From positions 26,040,001-26,104,000 of the forward strand of contig CM022673.1 of the NCBI GenBank assembly GCA_012295275.1: a stretch of 64,000 bases of DNA, written 5' to 3'. The position numbers were made by a program, and so were the translations under genes. The notes below the pieces were generated by a model. The model made no database searches, was not told where the DNA came from, and saw only the letters and a program-made list of their open reading frames with translations. The DNA comes from Chrysomallon squamiferum (Eukaryota; Animalia; Mollusca). Positions 1-13,394 of this stretch are shown here, piece after piece (positions within the stretch are counted from its first letter, which is position 1; each line of letters starts with the position of its first letter).

Positions 1-290
1 ACGTATGTAGTATGTGCGTGAGTATCTATGTTTGGATAGATGGATGGACTGTGGAAAGATGCGTGTGCGTGCATACGTAAATATGGGTGGATGTGTGTGT
101 TCATGTATGCATGTATGTACGTATGTATATAAATGTATGTATGTATGTATGTACGTATGTATATATATGTATGTATATATGTATGTACGTATGTATGTAT
201 GTATGTATGTATGTATGTATGTATGTATGTATGTATTTATGTATGTATGTATGTATTTATGTATGTATGTATTTATGTATTACATGAATA
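1..290. repeat. (ATGT)n tetranucleotide microsatellite, degenerate at the left
   Basis: Direct run of atgt/gtat units; it generates the MYVC-repeat pseudo-ORFs at 14-379. Confidence 0.95.
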
Positions 291-551
291 TGTGTGTAAG
301 TATTTATCAATTAGACATAACATTCACAATTTACAGAAATCTGAAATCTATGTTAGACACCGTTATAACTAAAATATGAATAAAGGAATATAATTCATTC
401 ATTCGTTCAAAAATGTGGTGATATTCTCTAACTGCTCTTGTCAATAAAAATTTTAAAATAACAATAAGAAGAAAAGAAACAAGAATAGACATCAGTTCTT
501 TAAAAGAAAAATAAATACAACAAACAACAATTAACGCCAAAACAAACAAAA

Positions 552-587
<36 letters not shown>

Positions 588-1251
588 CGGAGATTTTTCA
601 AAAAATAAGTATCTCATTTAAACGAAACGAAATGCTTAAGTAAGTCTAATTGGTTAATAATTAAAAATTTAAATGTCTGAAAAGCTGTATTTAAAATAAT
701 GTACTTTAGAGGTGGCCTAAATGAAATATTTTTAACCACAGCAGTTTGTCAAATTGCTTCGGACAAGTCTCAGGCCCCAAAAAGCCTAAAATAACCACAC
801 TATTATTTTCACGCAGCATTTTGGGAGTAACTGTAATGATGAAGTCTTTTTCGGTTTTTGTTTTACAATATCTGCGTAATATGCAGAGGCGGAGAATGTT
901 TAGCAGAAAGAGAAACTTTAACTTTTGACTTGTTAACGTAAAAAACGAGAAATATATATATTAGCTTTTTAACTGCATAAAAATCCCCCCAAAAAACAAA
1001 CATATGTAATTGTTCTAAATACTAGACGCATCTTCCTATAACTTAATAAATCCTTTTTCTTTTATAAAAAAAAAAAAAAAAATTCTGCTAATAAAATATA
1101 ACTGCACCACCAAATACCGGCGTTTATTAGAAAAATATATTTAATTTTTGTATACATTTTATATATATTTTTGTATATATGTGTATGCATGTATTTAGGT
1201 AGATAGGTAGGTAGGTAAGTATATATGTGTGTGTATTTATGTATATATGTA

Positions 1252-1295
<44 letters not shown>

Positions 1296-1898
1296 CATAT
1301 ATACGAATGAAAATGTATACTGGAAATACAGACAAACAATAAAAAAAAAATTCTTATTGTGTAAATACATATTTTTTTTTTTCCAAAAGTTCATTTAACT
1401 CTTCAAATTCTTAAGAATGATGTTTTATTAAACAGTCGCAGAAAAAGAATATTAAATTATTAGTTTTTCTAAATTCACATTTCTGATTATACATATATCC
1501 ACAAACAAATAACTTAAACTGTTGAAACACAGTCAGTTCCACTAAAATGCTATTTAAAAAAATGAAGCGAGATCGTTTTACATTATCATAAACAGTGAAA
1601 CAATAAACTTTACAAGTTTAAACCTAAATTTTTCTCAAATTTTTAAACATATCTATAACTGACGATGAAGTTAATAAAATTATTAATAAACTTTATCAGT
1701 CAAATTTTATAGCAAAGTAACACACACCCACCTACGTGCGCGCGCGCGTGTGTGTGTGTGTGTATATATATATATTAGATAAATAGATTGATAGATACGT
1801 ATGTATGTACATTTTAAATGATACATTACCATAAAAGTTTTAAAAAAAAGAAAAAAAAGAGAAGAAGACGAAGAAGAAGAAGAAGAATTAAACTTTAC

Positions 1899-2500
1899 CT
1901 GGACAAAATAAAATGTTCTCCGACGACGGCTTATATTATCATTTGAATGAAGACGTCAGCCACTGAATAGTTCCAACTCGTTTCACCTACTTCAAGAGCG
2001 AGAGCCGTTACATCTTCAGACTCTTGGTGCTTTTAAAGCAAGGTCTGTCACCACAAGATACGGGAAAACTCGATCGCTCCGTCCAATCAAACGATGGCAG
2101 ATACCTTCGCTTCCTACGTAGACGTTTCAGAGTGCGTCGACAATCAGTCTGTCGAAACTGTTGTGTGATTTGAAGAGTCTGTTATCAATATCCGCTGAGG
2201 TTATGAAGTAGAATATTTCCGATGAGGTGTGTTTTTGTCTTTAATGGCAATTGCTATTTTTTTTTTTTTTTTTTTTTTTCTTGGCTGCTATCAGAGGAAG
2301 AGGGGGTGTCCAGACTTGTCGAGTTTTGCTACGAGTGGTGAGGTTAAGTGATAACAAAATACTGCAGAAATCAAACTTGCCCATCGACTGCTAATGTGCG
2401 ATGAAAGAAGAGAATAGAAATCAAACTAGACGAATAAATGTGAGACGCGTCTCGACAAAAGTGACTCTGATAGAAAAACAGCCTCGAAAGTTACAATAAA
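1899..2500 (-). other. possible non-coding (5' UTR) exon of a minus-strand gene continuing left of the window
   Basis: CpG-rich, non-repetitive island ending on the minus strand in CAG|GTAAAG (donor at 1898). Only very short uORFs and no coding frame. The upstream boundary is uncertain. Confidence 0.3.
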
Positions 2501-2593
2501 ATTTCTGTGATTCTGCACCAAAACGTCGGCGAATAATCTGCAGTAAAACGTTTATGAAGAATCAGTAAAAATTGTTATGACGTTATAATAAAG

Positions 2594-2700
2594 CATCTGA
2601 ATATGAAGTTAGAGTAAATCATCTGAATGTGAAGTTAGAGTAAATCATCTGAATATGAAGTCAGAGTAAATCATCTGAATATGAAGTTAGAGTAAATCAT
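2594..2700. repeat. 26-bp minisatellite, ~4 copies
   Basis: Unit catctgaatatgaagttagagtaaat repeated head to tail. Confidence 0.9.
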
Positions 2701-2884
2701 CGTTGGAGATAAATTAAATTGTTTGTGACGTTAAAGTAAAACGTCCGTGAAAATGAAAAAAAAAAAAAAAAAAGAGAGAGAGAGAGAAAAAGAAAAAACA
2801 AATTTAAAAAGAAAAAGAAATAAAAATATGAATATATAACTGTTAAGTCATACTTTCTCAAAGAAGAATATAGACAACATAATG

Positions 2885-2916
2885 AGAGAGAGGGAGGGAG
2901 GGAGGGAGGGAGGGAG

Positions 2917-2986
<70 letters not shown>
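2885..2986. repeat. (GGGA)n/(GA)n microsatellite
   Basis: Direct run; a second GA-rich run lies at 3706-3910. Confidence 0.95.
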
Positions 2987-2988
<2 letters not shown>

Positions 2989-3084
2989 ACAGTAAAACAA
3001 ACTATGAAATACAGAAAAACTTCTGTTAAGTTACGAAATTATAGTAAAGCGGACAGAAACTTAAAATAAAACGGGTATGAGTTT

Positions 3085-3650
3085 ACAGTAAAGCACTTAC
3101 GAAGTTATAGTAAAACGGTTACGAAGTTATAGTAAAACGGTTAGGAAGTACAGTAAAAAGGTTACGAAGTTACAGTAAAGCGGTTACGAAGTTACAATAA
3201 AAAGGTTACGAAGTTAGAGTAAAGCGGTTACGAAGTTACAGTAAAATGGTTACGAAGTTACAGTAAAACGGGAACGAAGTTACAGTAAAACGGTTACGAA
3301 GTCCAGTAAAACGGTTACGAAGTTACAGTAAAACGATTATGAAGTTACAGTAAAATGGTTACGAAGTTACAGTAAAACGATTAAGATGTTACAGTAAAAC
3401 GGTTACGAAGTTACAATAAAACGATTATGAAGTTACAGTAAAACGGTTACGAAGTTACAGTAAAACGATTAAGATGTTACAGTAAAACGGTTACGAAGTC
3501 CAGTAAAACGGTTACGAAGTTACAGTAAAACGATTACGAAGTTACAGTAAAATGGTTACGAAATTACAGTAAAGCGGTTACGAAGTTACAGTAAAACGAT
3601 TATGAAGTTACAGTAAAATGGTTACGAGGTTACAGCAAAGCGTTTGCGAA
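3085..3650. repeat. 22-bp minisatellite, ~25 copies
   Basis: Unit gtaaaacggttacgaagttaca repeated head to tail with point variants and no unique spacers. Confidence 0.95.
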
Positions 3651-3701
3651 ATTTTTAAAAACATCTGTGAAGCTTACCTTTAACTATCTTTTAAACAAAA
3701 T

Positions 3702-3764
<63 letters not shown>

Positions 3765-3952
3765 GAGACAAAGAGACAGAATCAGAGAGAGAAAGAAAAA
3801 GAGACAGAGAGAGACAGAGACAAAGAGAGAGAGAGAAAAGAGAGAGGAGAGAGAAAGAGAGAGAGAGAAAAAGAGACTGAGACACAGTCACAGAGACAGA
3901 GAGACAAAGAGGTTGCTGGATTTATTAATAATAATTAATAATGAATAATAAT

Positions 3953-3991
<39 letters not shown>

Positions 3992-4329
3992 AATAATAAA
4001 ACAACAACACAACATCAACAACAACAACGATAACAATCATCATCATCATTATCATAACAGTAAACACAAAAAGGTTTTTAAAAAAGTTAAAATACGGAAA
4101 ATTTGTTAAGCAGGAACACTACCTGTTAAACATACACAACAACAGAAAATAAGAAATCTTTTCACTATCGCAAAACTAATTTTTAACAGCTCTTTTCAAC
4201 ATTAGTTGAATGTAAATTATTGTATATAGTATGATTTTACTTTCACGCATATAGTTTAACTTTTTGACAGATTAATGTCAATATGGTATAAAACATTTCT
4301 TCTGTTTTTTATTTTAAAAGTATTATCAA

Positions 4330-4381
<52 letters not shown>

Positions 4382-4505
4382 TGTTTTGTTTTTTTTTCTT
4401 AGAAAGGTCTGGGTTTTTTCCTGGTGTGAGAATTGAAAAACGAGTTAATACCGACAACAAGTATTCGTGATTTCCTTTTTCTTTTTGACAATCGTTTTTG
4501 TTCAT

Positions 4506-4539
<34 letters not shown>

Positions 4540-4552
4540 TAAGAACAATGAT

Positions 4553-4697
4553 CTAATGATCTGGATATTCATTAAAATTTATAATACAGAAAAACATGCA
4601 TATAGTGTAAAGATACAATGGAAAATGGAAGAATATAAAACATTTCAGAAAAATGAGAGATTTTTATGTAAAAGCATTTTTAATAAAATAATTTTAA
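4553..4697 (+). repeat. dispersed repeat family A, copy 1 (possible LINE 3' remnant)
   Basis: Aligns by eye to 18968-19112 (aatgatct..atattcattaaa.tttataatacagaaaaacatgcatata.tgtaaaga...tggaaaatggaagaa.ataaaacat). Confidence 0.75.
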
Positions 4698-5890
4698 TAG
4701 TAGTAGTAGTATTTTGTTATTTATTAATTTTATTTACTTTTGTCTTAAGGGGATTTTATTATTAGACTGGCTCAGTCATAAATTTAGCTTTAGTAAACAA
4801 TTTTTTTTATGAAATTACAATGAATTTAAGTTAAACAAGTTAACTCCCATAACGCTTTTGTGAGTTTTTTCTTTTCTCTCTCTCTCTCGATATCTCTTGT
4901 TTTTTTTTTTTTTTTTTTTTTTTTAGTTGTGTAACGACAGTTGTAAAATAGCGGATTTTTAGATAGAATGTGGAAACATTTTAGAAACAGAACTCTTCAC
5001 AGCGGGTTCGGTCCAAAAAGCGGACTCTTCAGAGTGAGAAACGGTTAAAAACACGGACTTCACAAGTAGTGAGAGACGGGGTTAAAAATGACTTCAGAAC
5101 GTGACACGAAAAATAAAAATTTCTGCGTATTATGAAGTAGGCCTACGTCGTAAAAGATCATTCATACACAACCACCTTTCTCTCTTTTTATTATTATTAC
5201 TTTTTTTTTCTCTCTCTCTCGTATAACGAAATCGCCTATTATTGTCTTAGCGTTAGAATGGCATCAAACGTCTCTTTGTTTGTCGAATGACACCTGACAC
5301 GATTTAGCGTTGCTACAACGAACCATCAACAAGGGTTTACCTCAATTAACTCGCATGCAGCCATCACTAAAAAAACAAAAAAAGCCAGTGACAATGTGAC
5401 TGTTCTACAACGTCAATGACGCGATCAAAGTGTGTGAGATTTTATTATCGCTTAATAGTTTGTCATTATATATTTACACCCGGAATCTCGAACCGAGGTG
5501 AGGGCTCGTGATAAAATAAACTGTCACGACGAATAAAACGGAGGGATATTCATTGACGACTGTTGTGACGTAGTGACCGTGCAGTAATAGGCTTGTTGTC
5601 GTTGGCGATGTTGTTACAAACGACCATCCCAGTAAAGTTGACTGGAGTAGTTAAAGATGCAGACTCCAGGAGACCGACCCATTTTTTTTTTTTTTTTTTT
5701 TTTTTTAAGAAGGAGAAATAAATCTAAACACAATCCACTAACCGAGCTAGGACTATGATCGTTTTGAAATAACAACAACAGTCAAGTACATCAGGACATT
5801 AAAAGAAAAAAAATTCCAGAAAAAACAATCGTAGTAGTCAAAATACACAAGGATATAAAACAACAGCAACAGAAACTACACCAGTCAAAA

Positions 5891-6507
5891 CGAATCTAGG
5901 AAAAAAAAAATCACATGAAAAAAAAAAAACACTAAAAACACAGGAAGAAAAAGTCACAACTTTTAATTAAGAAATATATTAGCAATAAAAGATAGATTAA
6001 ACACATTTTGTCGGAGTATTTTGTTAATGTTCTTTGATTTTAATGTTGGTGATTTATCTATCAACTTTGTTTTGCGAGTTGCACGTTTGGTGTATATGAA
6101 CCTCTCGTAACAGATTTTGTTACCACCCTTATTGCTACGAATAACTTTCATAACACACATACCTCTGATACTAGAGCAAGCTGGAGAATATAAAGTAAAA
6201 CACATTTTAACCTGGGCAATTTTCATAAAAAAAAATTAAAATAGGAAGCCATTAGATTAAATCTATCCTAATCAGTAAGCTAGACCCAAGCATCACCCTG
6301 CACAGTATGAAGACTCTTTCTTTAATGTAGCCTAAGTGACCTAATCAATAAGCTTAACTATTACACCATTCATACTATGAATCCACATTCAGTAATCTAC
6401 AAACCCATATATTCTGTTATATAAAAAATGTGACTTTTTTCCTGTGATTTTTATTTTTTTCCTAAACTAAATTGTGACTTTTTTCTGTGACTTTTTTTCC
6501 AGCCACC
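5891..6507 (-). mobile_element. non-autonomous Mutator-like (MULE/Phantom-type) element with a FLYWCH-like remnant
   Basis: Inverted subterminal repeats (ggaaaaaagtcac.. on the left, gtgacttttttcc.. on the right). Flanking direct repeat GTCAAAA at 5884-5890 and 6508-6514. Internal minus-strand peptide MKVIRSNKGGNKICYERFIYTKRATRKTK (ATG 6151) resembles the start of a FLYWCH finger. Confidence 0.65.
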
Positions 6508-6972
6508 GTCAAAATTACCTAGGACAGTAACGACAGCAGCTGCAACAACAACAATAACACGAATAACATTATAACACATTTCATGTTATTCTGTGCAATA
6601 TGTGTTAACAGTTAAATATGTCTTCTGCTCCTTTAACATGGCGTAACCTTCACCGACCACCCACGCAACATTGACTGTCATGAAGAAACTAGGAACTGCA
6701 AAATTTTGGTCTCAGTTATTTTGTTTTTTGTGCGTAGCTTTGTCGTAGGATGCAAAGCGTTTTGCAGGATAGTTTAACTGTAAAATACCATGAAATACAT
6801 AATTTATCATCATCATCATCATCATCATTATTATTATTATTATTATTTTATTACCATGAAGGTTTTCGGGGGGTGTTATTAATTAATAATTCCATTAATG
6901 AAAACACGCTTGAAGTTAGTGTGGTAATTAATTAATTAATTATTTATTTATTTATATATTTATTAATTATTA

Positions 6973-7026
<54 letters not shown>

Positions 7027-8064
7027 GTTATTGTTATTGTTCTTATTGTTGTTGCTGCTGCTGCTGATGTTGTTGTTGCTATTATTATCATTTTTAGAGT
7101 AAAGTTACGTTGTAGTGTTAATTAATATCTTGATAAATTAAACTGAATTATTTTTTTTTTGAAAAAATCCACTGTGATAAACAGCCAAAAATTTCCCAAG
7201 ACTCACAAATAACCAGAAAGACCCCAATTTGTTTTTTGTTTTTTTTAATTTCCGCTCGCTTCAGAATTTAGTTTAAATTTGTTAATTTCTTTCAAAATAA
7301 AAGAAACTGCATTTTCTGACGTCTGAAATTGCTGGTGGCGCCATTCCAATTCGCCTTTCTGAAAAGTATAACCTTTAAAACAATTTACAAAACAAGAACC
7401 GCCTTTCCTTATCCAGTTTTTGTTGTAGTTGTTGTTGTTTTTTTCAAATGAAAAGGATGATAAACAACTTATTTATTTACTTTGTAGTACCTAATCTACG
7501 TACAAACTGAAATAATGTAGTTAAAATAAATCTAATACTTTAGAACTGTATCACCGTTCTCCTGTATCTGGCATTGCACGTAAAAGGGTTTAATATGACA
7601 TGAAAAAGAAAAGAAAACATATATATATCTGTAAAATTTTCATCACAAATTTTAATACAGAATTCATTGTTGAAAAACAAGGTACACTGTTCTTTTACTG
7701 CAAGTTTTTACATCTGCCACTGTTTTTAAACTGTTTTTTGAAAAGAGCGTTTAACATTAGCGCTCGTGTTTTGAGAATAACCGAGTTGGTAACTCTCGCT
7801 CTGCTTATTAATTTAACAGAAACAATAACTGAAGCAAGCTCTCGGTATTCCTGAACACAGCTTCAGCCTGTTTGTCGTGTAAATGGATTGGTTGTTTATC
7901 AAAGGTTTCATTAACTAATGTCTTCTCACTGTCTTCGTCATTTTTTTTTTTTTTTTTTTTTTTTTTTCGTTCCTCCAAAATAAAGTAATATTCTTCAGAT
8001 AAATAACTTAGACAATCATTTCCTTACATTTAATGTTATCTTGCTATTTCAAATGAAATACAAA

Positions 8065-8100
<36 letters not shown>

Positions 8101-8559
8101 AGATATATTTTGTATATAAAAACGAACGAAATAAAAACTGTTCCGTAAAAAAGTGTCGCTGTTATTTAGATAAACTCTTTAAACATGTACCTAGTTGAAA
8201 AATTATCTTTCCAACCTTTCCTAAAAAGTTTCAAGATTTTTTCTTCTTATATACTGAAATCTAATTTCATAATAAATTCTATCAATTTATTTCTCCGTCT
8301 TCAGAGATCACTAAACCCGTAGCTATAAAACCTTCATACAAAAACAACGATCGTGCAATAATAAACGTTATAATGTATTCACACTGAGTTTAACATTTAT
8401 CCTTAAAAAAACATCATCATCATCATCATTATTATTATTATTTTAAATATTACATCTTGATGTTTACTCATATGTTACTTGATGTTTTCACTTCCTCTGG
8501 GATAAATTACCATTTACATAAATACTTATACGTGAAAAAAGATCCAAGAAAGACAACTC

Positions 8560-8860
8560 TGCCCGAGGTTAGACTTCCGGCAATGTGAAATTAAACTAAT
8601 TATTTGGTAAATTGGACGCTTATTGGTTGGTGGGGACGCACATTTAGGATCGCACGGTTACAGTTCGTGCTGTTATCATCAACCTGCGGGACACAGTGTT
8701 GATATATATTCGTGACCGACACTTCAGCGAAAACCCCGGCCTCGGGGCGTGACCTGTCGTTGGAAGCAGTCGGCTGCGCACAAGTTCTCGTTCTGGCCGT
8801 TGCGTGGTGTAAATATTACCACGAAAGTTTCTCGCAAGCGTTACATTCTGACTGCCTGTC
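8560..8860. promoter_or_regulatory. CpG-rich island, putative promoter or enhancer
   Basis: GC/CpG-rich relative to its flanks. ETS-like ACTTCCGG (~8573), two ATTGG (reverse CCAAT) motifs and a TATA-like stretch at ~8703. No linked CDS found. Confidence 0.35.
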
Positions 8861-8956
8861 ATTTTCTTCTTCTTTTTTTTTCTATTTTTTAAATTCTAAA
8901 AATGGTATTTAAGTTTTAGAACTTTTTTTTTTTTATTTATAGTTATTGTTATTTTG

Positions 8957-9004
<48 letters not shown>

Positions 9005-10560
9005 ATGGTTGTACTCGACGGGGTTAGAAACGAAGAAAAAGGTTTCTGGATTGGTCGTTTCAAAATAACAAATCTCTCGAGAACTGATGTATTTTCTTAA
9101 CAGTGTCTACCAGCTTCCTCCGTGTTATACCATCATGGCTTGGAATTTATAGCTTCAACAGTGTGTTTTAAAACAGAATTATATTTTCGTATTCGCAAAA
9201 GAAAAAATATAAATAAAGAAAGAAAAAATAAATAATAATAATACAAAATTATAATAATAAAAAAAAGTAAAAATGTCGAATGAAGACGTTTCCTCTGAAT
9301 TTCAGACATTTAAAATGTGCATTTTGTACATTCTGTGAGACAAGTATGATCGTGTATTTCCGTTTAATTTATTTATAATATTATTGAAACACTTAAAAAT
9401 TCGGATATATTATTCTACTTAATCTTAAATTATAGTAGGTGGAAAATGTTATGTTATTTTTTTTTTTTTTTTTTATGTAGATTATGTATATATATATATA
9501 TATAAAGCCAGAAGAGAGAAAAAAACCTGTAAATACAAAAACACAAATACAAACACACATACAACACACATACTGTCAACTTATTAATAAAAGTGGATCA
9601 TGTGTGTTTGATTTCTAGATTTTTAAAAATGTATTTCTTTTTCTTAATTCCTTTCTTTCTATTAGTAAATTATCTAACAGAATTATGATGTGACAGAGAT
9701 GATCATAGTGTGTATATAGTCGATTGAAATTAGAAAGTTTAAACCATATTCGTAAAACGTTTTGCTAAATATTTCAGGATTGGAATCCAAGACTTTCAGA
9801 AGCAAAACTTTGTGCAGTTTCCTTCGCTTATCCAGTCACAAACTGACCTGTTTCAGTGTTTTCTAATTCAGCTCTTAAGTCCAGAAATAATTGCATCCAA
9901 ATTGAGCAACTTTGTAAATCAATCAACTGCATCTACGAATTATCCAAATCAATCCACTGCAACATTTTTCCAAATTCGGTTTGCCTAATTTTCTCTCTCC
10001 CTGCGCACTTTATGAATTTTTACAATTTCTTCAACTTGGCAAATCCTAAAGATAAGTGCAGTGAATCAATGAACGTAGAAAATTGTGTTTGAAGTATCTG
10101 AACTCCTGTGTCCTCGAGGGCTTTGAGATATCTAATGTTGTTTTTTGGGTTGTTTTTTTTCTTCTTTTCTTCAGATTTTGGAAATATTTAACATGCTTGT
10201 TTCGATCTTTCTGTGTCAAAACCTGAGATGTCCTGCTCTATTTAAATACATATGTAGAGTAATTGTAGTATATCTCTTTGGCACAAAATAGTAACACAAT
10301 ACGTTTGGTTTACCTATAAAAGAAATCTAGTCTAATTGAAATTAGCCTATCATGCCCTTCTTCCTGATGTGATTAAACCCTGAGATATATAAGAAAAAAA
10401 TGCTGGATTTGGAATGAACTGCGTTAAATCGTTGAAGAATTAAATTTGAGAATGAATAAATGAATAACGACAAAATCGACATTTACAATACCGTAACACA
10501 TAGTAATTTTATGAAACTTTATATGCTGTCAAATAATATTGGTATGAATCGCGTTTTTAA

Positions 10561-10640
10561 TGATAATATTAGAAAAGAAACCCACTGGATTATCGATTAG
10601 CAGGAAGGATTTTTTCGTCGCACCCTCTCGTTGACAGCAA
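10561..10640. mobile_element. degenerate SINE core fragment (gastropod-type)
   Basis: gaaacccactg..cgattagcaggaaggattttt...gcacc.tc.c...gacag resembles the recalled common gastropod SINE motif gaaacccgctg..cgattagcagcaagggatcttttatatgcaccatcccacagacag. Confidence 0.5.
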
Positions 10641-11185
10641 TGCAGAAAAATCATCTATGGAGCGCTAGGAGAAGAGATATATTATAACAGTATAATAACT
10701 GGTGAAAATCCATTATTTTTTCACTGAGTCACGTGACTTTATCGTCACACTAAAATGAAAGATTCGCTAAAGTAAGTAATATAATTATTAAAACAAATAA
10801 CGAAACTCAGAAAACCTTACAGCTAATTACTTCAGTATTGATTAAAAAAAAAAAAAAAAAAAAAAAAAAGTCATTTTAATCTGCTCACAGAGTGAGATGT
10901 ATTTCTCGGAGACGGACGCATTTATTTCACGTGGACAGACAAACACATATTCCCACTCTTACAGTTCATACACGAGTGTTACAAAAACCCATTCATCTCT
11001 CAGAACTTTACGATTTGCCAGCGGCTCGTAATTGATGGCGTCTGAACCGAGTCAAGTTTTTACTGTTACATAACGCAGAGACTCATTTCCATTGGCTTGA
11101 GTCGACTGGTCAGGAAAATATTCGCCCGAAGCTTACAAGTTCTCGTCCGTTATGTTTTTCAGGTAGACAATTGTTCTGCTGGTTT

Positions 11186-11192
11186 ACACACA

Positions 11193-11266
<74 letters not shown>

Positions 11267-11560
11267 ATTATACTACATACAGACATACGTATATGTGCAG
11301 AATCTGTGTCCAGTCTAATGAGAAGTTCTTATGACAACATAATATTCATTCCTAAATACATACGTTCGTACATACATACTTATATACATACATAGACTCT
11401 CATTCATTCATTCATACCATAACCATACCATACCATAACATACCATACCATACCATACCATACCATACCATACCATACCATACCATACCATACCATACCA
11501 TACCATACCATAACATAACATAACATACTATACCATACTATATCATACCATACCAAAACA

Positions 11561-11617
<57 letters not shown>

Positions 11618-11680
11618 ATAACATAACAAAACATACCATACCATACAATGCAATAAATGTATATATATATATATATATAT
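11186..11680. repeat. compound microsatellite (CA)n, (CCATA)n, (TA)n
   Basis: Direct runs; source of the THTH and WYGMV pseudo-ORFs. Confidence 0.9.
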
Positions 11681-12343
11681 AAAGAATAAATTGTCCAGTA
11701 ATAGTGTACACTGTAATAAAATAAAAATAAGAACAACTGTGAAATAATAATGCTCAGTGAACTATACCTAAGACGGTATATGCACGCTGGATTTTACATT
11801 TCTCAAAACAAGTTTATCAAGGTAAACGTTATTTAATTTTTAAAACATCTTATGTTTGTAGACGTAGTATTACACTATAAGTCTCAGTTTAATGTTCATA
11901 TTTTTAAAACAAAATAAAAACATAGACAAAAATTTGTCAATCAGAGAGGATAGCTAACTGTATAAAGTAATTATATGCTCTGGCAGAAATCTCTGGCAGT
12001 TTTCATTTTCGGAGAAAATTCTTGCGACTAACGGTAATACTGGAAAGCCTAAATGTGGCATTAAGCGCTCGTTTTCTGGAGTTCATTTGATTGAGTTCGA
12101 CGAAAACGAGACAAAAACTGTAGCGAGGCTCAATACAACAGTAACCTTAAACTAAATAAAGAAATGAAAAAAGTGAGTTTTTCAAAAAAAATAATCTGTT
12201 TAAATAAATAATAAAATAAATTAATGAATTAAATTAAATTAAATAAAAATAAATTAAATTAAATTAAATAATAAAAAAATAATGAAGGATAATTATATAA
12301 ATTATGAAATAATGAACTAATTAAATAAAAATAGTATTAGTAC

Positions 12344-12400
<57 letters not shown>

Positions 12401-13350
12401 ACAATAACAATACAATAATAAACTAGAAATAAATGGATGAATTAATTAATAATTTAATAAACTGACTAATTAAAAAAAAAAATATATATATATATAAATA
12501 AATTAATTAATTAATTAAAATAAACTGATTACAAATAATTAAATAAATTTAAAATAAATTAATTACAAATAATTAAATAAATTTAAAAAAATTAATTACA
12601 AAAACAAACCAATTTAAAATTAACTACAAATAAATAAAGAAATACAGACAGTTATTTTCGAATTATAGAACTCACAAACAAAAAAAAAAAAAAAATCGTT
12701 TTATTAAGGCAATAAAGAACTAAACAGCAGACAAACCACACAATGACAGTCTCTATAACGGTTGTTACATCTGGTTAAATCGATCGCAGAATACGTATTG
12801 AACCATTACAGTTGATGCCCCTCCTCGTTCTAACGTCACACGAAATTACCAGTGCAACAGAGTTTCATTTAACTATCTTATTCAAGATTTAAAATCGACA
12901 TTTTTCGGGCGAAATGAAATCGTCAAACAGATATGGTTATTTAGAAAACATTTCATGAACTGTTATTTGAGACTTAATTTTTTTTTTTTTTTTTTTATTA
13001 ACTTGTAATTCTTGTCATATGTATGTCTATTTGTATCACTTGGATAAGCGGTCTTAGCAAAACGTCTTTTAGATCTTTTTATCTTCCACGTAAATAACTA
13101 GCTTCTGTTTATTATTAACAGTTCCATGGTGACCTTTTAACGTGCTAACAAAAGCATATGCACAAAGTTTATCTGATTTCAGGTTTTAACGTTTAGTTTG
13201 GAGGTTCAGTTTTGATCAGTTTTGATCGCTGACTACAGTGATATTTCTTTCGTTGGCGACTCATTTGAGTACATTGATTTAATGTTTAAATCTGCTTTTC
13301 GATCCGAATGAAACCAATGTCAGGAGAGAAAAGAGTTTCTGTTGTGAACT

Positions 13351-13394
<44 letters not shown>

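Noticed and set aside
14-379. ORF-track proteins made of MYVC, THTH, SLSL, IIII, LLLL or YYYY runs (here and at 1.1, 3.7, 11.2-11.7, 54.3-54.7, 56.5, 57.8-59.6 and 63.6 kb)
   Set aside because: They are translations of microsatellites with no splice or homology support.
3085-3650. CRISPR-like array
   Set aside because: Units are contiguous with no unique spacers, the context is eukaryotic and no cas genes are present; it is a minisatellite.
7852-7875. miR-317-like start TGAACACAGCT
   Set aside because: The match stops after 11 nt and no precursor hairpin is evident.
8663-8860. RNase MRP RNA resemblance (starts GTTCGTGCTG; GAAAACCCCGGCCTCGGGGC about 66 nt later)
   Set aside because: The invariant GAAAGUCCCC is broken, there is no GARAR loop, and no downstream GGGGCU partner or closing P1 strand. 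Likely coincidence; an Infernal search with the RNase MRP model would settle it.
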